A DNA stretch of 64,000 nt, from positions 1 through 64,000 of the forward strand of contig RDOA01000014.1 in the NCBI GenBank assembly GCA_011364925.1, given 5' to 3'. A program made the position numbers and the translations under genes. This DNA is from Promethearchaeota archaeon. Lineage in GTDB: Archaea > Asgardarchaeota > Lokiarchaeia > Sigyniarchaeales > SOKP01. The notes under the pieces were generated by a model that was not told the origin of the DNA, searched no databases, and saw nothing but the letters and a program-made list of their open reading frames with translations. How positions within the stretch are numbered: the first letter of the stretch is position 1; every line of letters begins with the position of its first letter. This document shows, piece by piece, positions 1-9,270 of this stretch.

Positions 1-139
1 CAATAATTTCAGTTAATTTCATTTCAATCCCATTAGGTTTACAATGATTTTATATTTAATTAGAACGCATGAAAATATTAACTTTATTCTTTCATATTCC
101 AAAATTTTCTAAAACTGAATATCAAGGAAAAAAAGAATG

Positions 140-288
140 TGGCGGGAGGGAGATTTTCGATGTTAGGTATATCCTTAACAATTTCGAACTCCCGAAGGCC
201 TTTGCCACTGGATCTTAAGTCCAGCACCTATAATCGGTCTTGACCCTTCTAAACCAAAAGACCTTTGACCATACTCGGTAATCCCGCC
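140..288 (-). tRNA. tRNA-Leu(UAA) with two non-canonical introns (D-loop 21/22 at 230-264, 35 nt; T-loop 59/60 at 154-182, 29 nt)
   Basis: Spliced sequence is GGCGGGA UU ACC GAGUAUGGUCAAA GGU G CUGGA CUUAAGA UCCAG UGGCAAAGGCCUUC GGGAG UUCGAAU CUCCC UCCCGCC A. It has a 7-bp acceptor stem, UAA anticodon and a long variable arm. Both inserts form bulge-helix-bulge motifs. An oligo-T run follows on the minus strand. Confidence 0.93.
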
Positions 289-599
289 ACGTAAGAATAA
301 TTTTTATGAAATTCTGCTATGAATGAACTAAGTTTTTTATTCAATCTACTAGGTTTTAAGTGTACTATTGAGAAATTTTAGTTTTAATTTAAATTTTTAC
401 CTTAAAATTCAGCCTTCTAATGACTGTTTTATTTAATTAGAAAGATATGTGCGTATTAATTCTATTTTTAAAATAGTTTTAAAATTTGATTAATGAAAGA
501 GATACCTATTAAAAATAAAAATTAATAAATACTAACAAGATATTAATTTTATAAGAAAACAAATATAAGGATTTTTAGATCTTCTACGAGGTTTATGTC

Positions 600-977
600 A
601 TGCCAGTTGGAATACTAATAATTCGGTGGGATAACGAGATTGGACCTATTAACGAGGGTTTTTATCCCAATAACTTAAAAATTACTAATAACTTGCTCAC
701 GCAAGTATATTCTTCACATCGATACCAGAGCTTAAAACCGGGATTTGCATCAATAAGCCTCAAAAATAATAAAGTTGTCTCCTTCTTCTCTGGCGTAGGA
801 GATGACCATATAAGCGTAGAAAATTACGTGGTTGCTTTATTATTACGAAGAGACGAAAAACCGGGTAAATATCGAGAGATTCTTAAAACTATAGCAGCTG
901 AAATTCTCGATCAGACTCAAGATGGTAAGTTTTTAAAACTTCTTCCTGACCTATATAAGGATTTAGCTAAGATCTAA
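600..977 (+). CDS. Small stand-alone longin/uDENN-like domain protein
   Basis: 125 aa; N-terminal hydrophobic strand then WDNEIGP...FYP, resembling the FDxxxGP...YP signature of uDENN/longin domains; beta-beta-alpha-beta-beta-beta-alpha-alpha pattern; SD-like GAGGT upstream. Confidence 0.6.
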   Translation: MPVGILIIRWDNEIGPINEGFYPNNLKITNNLLTQVYSSHRYQSLKPGFASISLKNNKVVSFFSGVGDDHISVENYVVALLLRRDEKPGKYREILKTIAAEILDQTQDGKFLKLLPDLYKDLAKI

Positions 978-1019
978 ATTAGGGATTCTGAAATTTGGAA
1001 GGAAATAATAAATGCATAC

Positions 1020-2051
1020 TTACTCGATTTTCTTTACGAAAATTTTTCCCGCATCATTAATTTCAACAAGTTGTGCATCCTGTAAGTTTTGTACTATCTT
1101 TTTAACCATTATTATTGGAGATCCAAGAGCGTTTCTTAGATCTTCGATCGCCATTGATCCGACCTGTTCCAAAATTAAGAAGGCTTTGAATTGAGCCTCG
1201 TGTTCCATCAATCCAGTTAATTTATCGTAATATACGATTTTTTTCAGGTTATTCTTTTTAAATTCTCTTAATTCTTCGATCTCTTTATTAAGTCTCCTTA
1301 CTGCTTCATCTGCTTCTCGCTTTTTATCGAGAGCATCTTCTAACTTTTTTAACAGATTATCTTGCTTTTCTCGTATTTCAGCAAACCGAGATTTTAAGTC
1401 TTTAGCTTCTGATGTAGCCTCAGTAGATGTAAGTTTACTATCTAAAAGAAAGTTATCCAAAGCTGCAATTTTAGTTGCCATTTCTTTCTTTTCTTCAAAA
1501 TGATCTAACCTTAACTGTTCAAGTTCTTTCTTCCATTTTTGATCCATATCAGATAATAATTTTACTTGTTCATCTTGAAGCTTGTCAGCAAACGCTTGAA
1601 TTTCTTGGATCTTATTTTCTAAGGATTTATTGTTTTCTTCTTTTATCAATAATTCAGAATTTTTTTCTGCGATTTCTGCCTTGAGATTTCCAATCGTTTC
1701 ATAGCTTTCATCAAGCTTTCTTTGAGTTGGGATACTTTGCCTCTTCATAAACTCCATTTCCTTTTGGATAGCTAAGACTTCTCCCTTAGCAAGGTCCAAA
1801 TCCGTTTCTTTTTGGTTAAGCGTTGCTCTTTGGGTGCCTACCAATTCTTTCAATTCTAAAACGTCTTCAGGCACATCGTACATCCGTTTAATTTTTACCT
1901 CTTGTTTTGCAATTACAGTTTCAAGTTCAGTGATGGTTCGCTTATGTTTTTCGATAACTTCTTGCAACCTATCGATCTTGGATTGAAGAACAGCGGTTTC
2001 TTTTTCGCTAGATTCTATATTATCAATTGCATCTCTAAGATTAGTGGGCAT
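1020..2051 (-). CDS. Long coiled-coil protein with C-terminal winged-helix domain
   Basis: About 280 aa of heptad-rich E/K/L sequence, then FKAFLILEQVGSMAIEDLRNALG...VKKIVQNLQDAQLVEINDAGKI (wHTH pattern). ATG at 2051 preferred over TTG at 2066. Confidence 0.7.
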   Translation of the reverse strand: MPTNLRDAIDNIESSEKETAVLQSKIDRLQEVIEKHKRTITELETVIAKQEVKIKRMYDVPEDVLELKELVGTQRATLNQKETDLDLAKGEVLAIQKEMEFMKRQSIPTQRKLDESYETIGNLKAEIAEKNSELLIKEENNKSLENKIQEIQAFADKLQDEQVKLLSDMDQKWKKELEQLRLDHFEEKKEMATKIAALDNFLLDSKLTSTEATSEAKDLKSRFAEIREKQDNLLKKLEDALDKKREADEAVRRLNKEIEELREFKKNNLKKIVYYDKLTGLMEHEAQFKAFLILEQVGSMAIEDLRNALGSPIIMVKKIVQNLQDAQLVEINDAGKIFVKKIE

Positions 2052-2237
2052 AGTTAAATTCCTCAATTTTTTTTAAAATTACTGTTAGATACTTAATGTT
2101 ATTAAATTAAATATCTGTAATTACAAATTATAATCAATAATTTTTAATAGTGAAATAATAGAAACAATTTATATACTTATCGAATTATCAAATATCTTGT
2201 ATTTTACAATTATTTAAAGAAAAGGAGGTAGCATGTA

Positions 2238-2816
2238 ATTCCCATTTTTTACTTTAAACCAACGAGTATTGAGCCACTTATTTTAATATCCTATAATTAT
2301 CAACAAGACCGACAAAAAATCAAATTAAATAAGATTACCTTCTTTAAAAAGGAGTCAGAAATCCCAGAAGACCTAATGGGATCAAAATTCAATCTACAAA
2401 GAGCTATAGATGATACTGAACAATCTATTCTTCTTCAATTACAAAACATGATTAATGAGTATTTATCAAATGGAAAAATAGATCTTTTTGAGAAATTGAA
2501 GGAGCTGGACATCGAACTCGATTTAAAAGGAAAATTTAAAACCGACTTCTCGGAAAAGGTTATGAAGGCTCTCTTAAACGTTAAACCAGGCGATTATATT
2601 ACTTACTCAGAGCTTGCTGAAAGAATTAACTCGAAAGCGTATAGAGCTGTTGGAGGTGTTCTTAAAAACAATCCATTTCCTCTTATTATACCATGTCATC
2701 GTGTAGTAAGTAAAGGTGGTAAAATTGGAGGTTTTATGGGAAAAACGAACAAGGGCTGGCAAATCAATCTAAAACAGACTCTGTTAGAACTTGAAGGAAG
2801 TACAATAACAGAGTAA
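2238..2816 (+). CDS. ogt: Methylated-DNA--protein-cysteine methyltransferase (O6-alkylguanine alkyltransferase)
   Basis: TYSELA...RAVG...NPFPLIIPCHRVV active-site motif. The frame is open back to 2232 and an AGGAGGT SD lies at 2223-2229, so the start may be ATT 2238 rather than ATG 2376. Confidence 0.9.
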   Translation: MPIFYFKPTSIEPLILISYNYQQDRQKIKLNKITFFKKESEIPEDLMGSKFNLQRAIDDTEQSILLQLQNMINEYLSNGKIDLFEKLKELDIELDLKGKFKTDFSEKVMKALLNVKPGDYITYSELAERINSKAYRAVGGVLKNNPFPLIIPCHRVVSKGGKIGGFMGKTNKGWQINLKQTLLELEGSTITE

Positions 2817-2884
2817 TTGAGTAATTCTAATTAATTAAGTGTAATAGAAATTAATTTAATACGTAAAAACTTCTAATTCATATC

Positions 2885-4090
2885 ATGGTTAGAATATCAG
2901 CTCTTCGTCCTTATTGTCCTAATAATCCAAGCCAATTCACTACAAATCCCTACGATGTTATTGGAAAAGAAGAAGAAAAAGAATTAAAGCAAAATCCGAA
3001 TTCGTTAATTCATCTAATTCTACCTAATGGCGAGGGTGACGAAGTTTACAATAATGCTTTAAAAGCTTACAAAAGGTTCAAAGCATCTAATATTATTACT
3101 AAAGAAGAAAAACCAAGCATTTTTGTTTACCGACAAGAATCACCTCATTTTAATCAGGAAGGGTTAATTTTGGGAATTGCGCTTCAAGATTATGAAGAAA
3201 ACAACATTGTTAAACACGAATATACTAGAGTTGAGCCACTTAAAGATCGAATTATGCATATTAAAACTACTAATGTAGCAGCGGGGCTCGTTTGGACCGT
3301 TTTTCGCCATGATATCAAAATTAAGAATGTAATAGAGCAGATTAAACAAAAAAAGCCTAAATTTGACTTTAACAAATATGGTTATCGCCAGATTGTCTGG
3401 CAGGAGGATGATCTTAATACTATTTCTACATTATCTGTTCTTTTTAAAGATAAAAAAGTTTACATAGCTGATGGGCACCATCGAGCAGCAAGTGCTGCAG
3501 AATATCGTAAGGTTCAAATTGAAAATGCCAAAGAAAAAGAAAATTCCAATTCTCCTTGGCAATTTTTATTATCTTATGTTGCATCAGACGATCAGATTAG
3601 AATTCTACCTTATAACCGGGTTATTAGAAGGTTAAAAGATGGTAAGGAAGATTTTTTAGAAAGGCTAAAAGAAATCTACGAGTTAACAAAGGTTGAAACA
3701 GCTTTTAATCCAAAAAGAAAGAATCAAGTGGCTCTCTGCATAAGAGGACAATGGTATAGGCTAGAAACTAAAGAAAAATCTTTTGAATCAACACTGGACA
3801 GTTTAGATGTGGCAATTCTTCAAGATAAAGTATTAGGGCCAATATTGCGGATTATTAATATTCGTACTGACGACAACATCTTCTTTGTTGGTGGATTACA
3901 AGATCCAAAGTTGATGGAAGAGTATACCACTAAAAAAGGTAACGATGCATTTATAAACCTATATCCCGTTGACATAGAGGATTTGGAGGCAATCGCTGAT
4001 TCAGGAGGTGTAATGCCCCCAAAATCGACATGGTTTGATCCTAAACTTTTATCAGGTTTGATTCTTCACGACTTAAGCGAAGAATGGTAA
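2885..4090 (+). CDS. DUF1015 family protein (ParB/Srx-like core; putative serine kinase)
   Basis: PYDVI, HEYT, YIADGHHR, ILPYNRV and MPPKSTWFDPKLLSGL motifs typical of DUF1015. Confidence 0.88.
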   Translation: MVRISALRPYCPNNPSQFTTNPYDVIGKEEEKELKQNPNSLIHLILPNGEGDEVYNNALKAYKRFKASNIITKEEKPSIFVYRQESPHFNQEGLILGIALQDYEENNIVKHEYTRVEPLKDRIMHIKTTNVAAGLVWTVFRHDIKIKNVIEQIKQKKPKFDFNKYGYRQIVWQEDDLNTISTLSVLFKDKKVYIADGHHRAASAAEYRKVQIENAKEKENSNSPWQFLLSYVASDDQIRILPYNRVIRRLKDGKEDFLERLKEIYELTKVETAFNPKRKNQVALCIRGQWYRLETKEKSFESTLDSLDVAILQDKVLGPILRIINIRTDDNIFFVGGLQDPKLMEEYTTKKGNDAFINLYPVDIEDLEAIADSGGVMPPKSTWFDPKLLSGLILHDLSEEW

Positions 4091-4117
4091 CAATTAATTA
4101 AATTAGAGCCTTATAGA

Positions 4118-6151
4118 ATGAATAAAAATATTGAAATTACAAAAAGGTTTGGGACTTGTTCCAAAGATTGTTATGGGTCTTGCGTATTTGTAGGAGAATG
4201 GAACGATCAAGCTCATGAGAAGAAACTAATTAAAACTATTCCCTTAGAAACCCATCCTTTAACTAATGGATTTTTTTGCCCTAAATTCAATTATAGGGAA
4301 GAGTTGCTATATCATCCTAATCGATTGAAGTCACCATTAATACGGACAGATTCTAAAGGTACTAACTTGTTTAAGCAAATTAGTCTAGAAAGTGCGTTAA
4401 ATCTTACTATAGAAAAATTAAATTATGCTATAACTCAATTTGGTTCCTCCTCTATTGTAGCCGCATATTATGCAGGAAATTGTGGTTTAATCTCAAAATT
4501 ATCACCAATAAGATTCTTCGATGAACTCGGTGCCACAATAAGAACAGGGGGCATCTGTAACGAAGCGGGAAATTACGCTCTAAGTCAGATGTTTGGAACC
4601 TATTCTACTACAAATCCTTTTCAGATAATTAATCCTAACAATCGACTAATCGTTATTTGGGGTAGTAATTTATCAGATAGAAATAATCACGCGTATTTCT
4701 TAGTTAAACAAGCAATAAAAGGTGGATCGAGGGTGGTTGTTGTTAACCCTATTAAAACAAATCTGGCAAAAAACGCGACTTTACATTTACAATCTCTTCC
4801 TGGAACTGATTATTTAGTAGCAAAATATGTGATAAACAAAATCTTGGAAGCTGAAAAGTTAGATAGGGATTTTCTTACCCAATATGTTGATAATTTCGGT
4901 GAAATCTTTGATAAAGTCAGAAATTTTAATAAAGAGCAAATTCTTCTCCACACCGGGTTAACTGAAGGAGAACTAGATAATTTTACAGAATTACTCTTAG
5001 AACATAAACACAAAACTCTTTTCATTGTAGGATTTGGACCACAGAAATATTTTTACGGTGGAAAAAATTTGAATACTATAGCACTAATCCAAATTCTTCT
5101 TGGGAATTTCGGAAAACCAGGAACAGGATTTCTATTCTCTCAGAGTGGTTTTAATCACACATATTCAGATTTACTGATCCAGTACATTACTCAACAAAAA
5201 AAAGAACCTCAGCGAAATAGCTTTCCACTAGCAACACTTGGTTCCTCCTTAAACTCAAACAAGTATAAAATGCTATTCATATACAATCTCAATCCTGCGA
5301 GTTCTCTCCCAAACCAAACTATTTTAAGGAAGGCTTTATTAAGAAGAGATCTCTTCGTCGTAGTATTAGATATGTTCCTCAACGAAACAACAAAATACGC
5401 AGATCTTGTCATCCCTGTAAAGTTTGATCTTGAATGCGACGATTTTATAACCCCTTATTTTACACCAGGGATATCAATTAATCAAGGAGGTCCATGTCCG
5501 TATTCAGATTGCTTGTCAAGTTACGAATTCTTTCGGTTATTAGCTAATAGATGCAAATGGATAGACAAAAACCTTTTTCAAGAAACTCAAAGGGAATTAT
5601 ATGAAAAATGTATTGATTTATTACCTAAAGAAATTCAACAAAAATTAAAACTGAATGGATATTATATCCCGTTTGGATTAAACGATATTCCCTATCAAAA
5701 TCTAAATTTTCCCACTTTTAATGGAAAAATTCAAATTCACAGTTCTCTTTTAGATTTATTTGATTCTAATCCAGATCTTCTCTCACCTCGAGGTCAAAAC
5801 GAGTTTTATTTGCTTTCTCCTGCTCATAAATATTTCATTCATTCTCAAATGGGTGAAATCCATCATGAATTTGAGGACGACTTTAAAAAAGTCTTTCTTA
5901 ATCCGTCTGATATTGACTATATTAATTTAAAAGTAAACGATGAAGTTCTAGTATCGAATGAATTTAGTAATGGAAAATACATTTTGGATCAAAATACGGC
6001 TTTAAAATCAGGAATAGCTCTAATCTATTCTGGATTTCCATTTGCTAACGCTCCGATAAAGAATGTTAATTTTTTCACATCAGATAAACCCGAGGAATCA
6101 GAGCTGTCAGGAGCGTATTTTTCCACAAAAATCACGATATCTAAAATATAA
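4118..6151 (+). CDS. Molybdopterin-dependent oxidoreductase (DMSO reductase family, cytoplasmic, uncharacterised subfamily)
   Basis: N-terminal CSKDCYGSC...C Fe-S motif, RLKSPL, IWGSN, NPASSLPN, ETTKYADLVIP, C-terminal molybdopterin-dinucleotide domain; no Tat signal. Confidence 0.88.
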   Translation: MNKNIEITKRFGTCSKDCYGSCVFVGEWNDQAHEKKLIKTIPLETHPLTNGFFCPKFNYREELLYHPNRLKSPLIRTDSKGTNLFKQISLESALNLTIEKLNYAITQFGSSSIVAAYYAGNCGLISKLSPIRFFDELGATIRTGGICNEAGNYALSQMFGTYSTTNPFQIINPNNRLIVIWGSNLSDRNNHAYFLVKQAIKGGSRVVVVNPIKTNLAKNATLHLQSLPGTDYLVAKYVINKILEAEKLDRDFLTQYVDNFGEIFDKVRNFNKEQILLHTGLTEGELDNFTELLLEHKHKTLFIVGFGPQKYFYGGKNLNTIALIQILLGNFGKPGTGFLFSQSGFNHTYSDLLIQYITQQKKEPQRNSFPLATLGSSLNSNKYKMLFIYNLNPASSLPNQTILRKALLRRDLFVVVLDMFLNETTKYADLVIPVKFDLECDDFITPYFTPGISINQGGPCPYSDCLSSYEFFRLLANRCKWIDKNLFQETQRELYEKCIDLLPKEIQQKLKLNGYYIPFGLNDIPYQNLNFPTFNGKIQIHSSLLDLFDSNPDLLSPRGQNEFYLLSPAHKYFIHSQMGEIHHEFEDDFKKVFLNPSDIDYINLKVNDEVLVSNEFSNGKYILDQNTALKSGIALIYSGFPFANAPIKNVNFFTSDKPEESELSGAYFSTKITISKI

Positions 6152-6176
6152 AATAAAATACAAAAAAAATCGTGGT

Positions 6177-7118
6177 TTACAAATTTTTTAAAAAATTTGA
6201 CATTTTTTCAGCGATTTTTGTTGCAGCATAAACCTGCGTCTCAATGGTTTGAGCTCCAATATGAGGCGTAAGAATTAAATTTCCTTCGCAATTTATTAAG
6301 TCCATATCTTTTAAAGGTTCTTCTCTATAGACATCTACTGCGGCTCCACCGATTTCTTTTTTAATTAAAGCATCAATTAGAGCTTTTTCTTCAATAAGCT
6401 GACCTCTAGCAGTGTTAATTAATATAGAATCTTTTCTCATCAGTTTTATATTTTCAGTATTAATGGTATTCTCTGTTTGAGGAGTTGCGGGAAGGTGCAA
6501 CGATATAATCTGTGCTTCCTTAAGTAATTCATCAATAGATGAGTATATCACGCAACCCATATTTTTTGCCTCTTCTATAGCTTTAGGACCTTTACTAAAT
6601 CTTGAATAGACTCCTACTTCCATCTCTAAAGCAAGAGCTCTTTTAGCAAGTTCTTTTGCTATGTTACCAAATCCAATTAAACCTAATTTCTTTCCTTTCA
6701 ATGTATAACCAAGATATTGATTTTTATTCCATTCTCCATTATGCATAGTTCGATCTGCGTTAGAGATGTGCCTCGCTAAGGTAAACATTAATCCTAAAGC
6801 CAGTTCAGCAACCGAAACAGAAGGAGCATCTGGCGTATTTAAGACTTCAATACTTAATTCTGCTGCTTTTTCTCTATCCACATTATCTAATCCTACTCCC
6901 GCTCTACCAATTACTTTAAGATTTTTTGCATTTTCCAATACTTCTGCTGTCAATTTAGTTCTAGAACGAACGACAATTCCATCATAATTTCCTATTTCTT
7001 TTTTAAGTTGTTCATTAGTAATTTCAAAGTCCTTTACGACTTCAAATCCATTTTTTTCAAAAATCTCTATTCCTTCTTCTTCTAACTTATCGCTAATTAA
7101 AATTTTCACATCAATCAC
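6177..7118 (-). CDS. serA: D-3-phosphoglycerate dehydrogenase (short form, no ACT domain)
   Basis: VVRSRTK, GRAGVGLDNVD, SVAELA, GFGNIA, INTARG, DVYREEP, LTPHIGAQT. Confidence 0.85.
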   Translation of the reverse strand: MIDVKILISDKLEEEGIEIFEKNGFEVVKDFEITNEQLKKEIGNYDGIVVRSRTKLTAEVLENAKNLKVIGRAGVGLDNVDREKAAELSIEVLNTPDAPSVSVAELALGLMFTLARHISNADRTMHNGEWNKNQYLGYTLKGKKLGLIGFGNIAKELAKRALALEMEVGVYSRFSKGPKAIEEAKNMGCVIYSSIDELLKEAQIISLHLPATPQTENTINTENIKLMRKDSILINTARGQLIEEKALIDALIKKEIGGAAVDVYREEPLKDMDLINCEGNLILTPHIGAQTIETQVYAATKIAEKMSNFLKNL

Positions 7119-7277
7119 GAATAGTGTATTAAATCAGATTACTAATTTTATAAGTACAATTATGTTTTAAGTACTTTTGTTGCTTTATATAGATAACCTT
7201 AGTGATCCCAACTATTTCTCATAGCCTTTAATTAAAGTATATTCAAATAAAAAAAGAATAGGTTAAAAATTTTAATT

Positions 7278-8399
7278 TTATTTGTTCAATCTTATATCAG
7301 ATACTATTTCAGTAAGAACTTTTAGCATCTCTTCAAGTTCTTCTAATGTAATTTCACCCATATGACCGATGCGGAAGGTTTTATTTTTCAGATCCCCGTA
7401 TCCATTAACAATACGATATCCCCTTGACAAAAGCGTCGAAACCATTTTTTCAATGTCAATATTTAAGGAATTTCTCATAGTTGATACCGTATCTGATTCA
7501 TAACCTTTTTCAGGAAACATTTCAAAATTAACATCTCGCGCCCAAATCCTTGTGCGTTTTCCTAGCTGAGTATGTCTTTCAAAACGTTTTTCTAATCCTT
7601 CCTGATTCAAGATGTAATCTAATTGTGCTGCTAAGGCTCTTATTTGAGGGATTGGTGGAGTTGTTGGTGTTTGATGTTTTTCGTTGTATTTTATTAAATC
7701 AAGAAAATCAAAGTAGAGTCCTCTACTTTTAACTTGAGGTACTTTTTCGATTGCAGCGGGAGAGATAGAACAGACAGCTAACCCCGGGGGAATAGTCAAA
7801 GCTTTTTGAACTGAAGCTAAACACACATCAATACCTAACTTGTCAACTTCAATTTTTATGCCTCCCATGGATGAAGTTGCATCAACACATACTAACGCTC
7901 CAGAGTCTTTAATAACAGGAATTACTTCGTCCATAGGATTATAAACACCGGTAGAAGTTTCGTTTGCTTGTATAAAAACAACTGCGTACTTATCTTTATT
8001 CAATGCTTCTTGAGCAACTTCAGGAGTAATCGCTTTACCCCACTCTACTCCTTCTTTTATAGCAACTTTCCCGTTATTAACTCCAATCTTGTACCAACGA
8101 TCTCCAAATGCCCCAATCGAAAAAAATAAGGCTTTTTCATCCGCTTTTACTAAATTCCTAACGCAAGCTTCCATTAAGCCCGTAGCACTTGATGTGGAGA
8201 TTAGAATGGTGTTAGAGGTATATAAAAGCTTTTTTAAACCTTCTTCTACACGCTGATGCATTTCCGAATAGGGTTTTGATCTATGAGTGTCGTTCGGTTT
8301 TGCCATTTCAGCTAATATCCTCTCTGGAACATGTACAGGTCCAGGAGTAAAAAGCTTTAGTTGAGACCCTTTTTCTTTATTGAAGTGAATTTCAGACAT
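7278..8399 (-). CDS. Class V PLP aminotransferase (serine-pyruvate / archaeal phosphoserine aminotransferase type)
   Basis: LFTPGP, NETSTGV, VDATSS, SVQKAL (PLP lysine), PPGL, FRIGHMG; adjacent to serA. Confidence 0.88.
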   Translation of the reverse strand: MSEIHFNKEKGSQLKLFTPGPVHVPERILAEMAKPNDTHRSKPYSEMHQRVEEGLKKLLYTSNTILISTSSATGLMEACVRNLVKADEKALFFSIGAFGDRWYKIGVNNGKVAIKEGVEWGKAITPEVAQEALNKDKYAVVFIQANETSTGVYNPMDEVIPVIKDSGALVCVDATSSMGGIKIEVDKLGIDVCLASVQKALTIPPGLAVCSISPAAIEKVPQVKSRGLYFDFLDLIKYNEKHQTPTTPPIPQIRALAAQLDYILNQEGLEKRFERHTQLGKRTRIWARDVNFEMFPEKGYESDTVSTMRNSLNIDIEKMVSTLLSRGYRIVNGYGDLKNKTFRIGHMGEITLEELEEMLKVLTEIVSDIRLNK

Positions 8400-8520
8400 T
8401 TTTTAATCTAACACTATTTTCTAGTTTAAATTTTGATTTCATATATTATGTATTAATAGAAGGCTATCATATATTCTTTATCCTATAATCGAGAATTAAA
8501 ACGAAAAATTAGAATTTATT

Positions 8521-9168
8521 TTACGATTCAGTTTGGTTCTCTTGTTGGGGCATAGGAATGGAATCCATGATATACCAAACCAATCTAAAATTTCTAAAAC
8601 TATTAAGTTTCAGGCCATATTCGCTTAAATATAAAGCAGATCTCAATATTATATTAAGAGCCATTGTAGTCGATAGAGTGATTAAATGAAATATAACATT
8701 TACTTCAGCAAAAAATGTAGCAATAACGGTAAAAAATACCGTGACTGCCCCGATTAGTACATTTAAATATCGAAAAAGAGGAGAATACACATTAACCATC
8801 AATCCCTTTAAAAAGCCAGCAAGTCCTACAAGAAACATAGGTATCGAAAGAAAGTATACGAAAAAACTTGGTGGAATATTAGGACGAGTGAACATATAAA
8901 TAAGAACATAGCCTGAACTACAAATAAATACGATTCCAAATATGATATTTAAAATCCGGTGTAATAATTTTAAATCTTTGTCAAAGATACCCTTTTGAGC
9001 CCGATATATAGCGTAAATAAATAATACAGTAAGACAATACACACCTAATGTCATTATAGCTAATAATGTAGCATAAAAAGATATATAAACGAGGATTATA
9101 ATGAGTAATATTGAAATGATGTCATCAACACGTCGTTTTTTCTTATTCAAAAAGGATCGAAAACTCAT
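8521..9168 (-). CDS. Hypothetical multi-pass membrane protein
   Basis: 215 aa with about 6 hydrophobic segments. Confidence 0.7.
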   Translation of the reverse strand: MSFRSFLNKKKRRVDDIISILLIIILVYISFYATLLAIMTLGVYCLTVLFIYAIYRAQKGIFDKDLKLLHRILNIIFGIVFICSSGYVLIYMFTRPNIPPSFFVYFLSIPMFLVGLAGFLKGLMVNVYSPLFRYLNVLIGAVTVFFTVIATFFAEVNVIFHLITLSTTMALNIILRSALYLSEYGLKLNSFRNFRLVWYIMDSIPMPQQENQTES

Positions 9169-9270
9169 AATTAATCATCACTATTTCTATAGATAATAAC
9201 TTTATATTTTTTATTATTTAATATGCTTTTACATAGAAGTTTAATTATTAAAAGATGAGTATAACTGCGT

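Noticed and set aside
1-22. Possible start of a minus-strand CDS (ATG AAA TTA ACT GAA ATT ATT) running off the left edge
   Set aside because: Only 7 codons are visible, so it cannot be supported.
4118-6151. Selenocysteine-containing formate dehydrogenase
   Set aside because: The frame is uninterrupted with Cys at the likely Mo-ligand position (GGICNEAG); there is no in-frame UGA and no FDH-type C/U-H motif.
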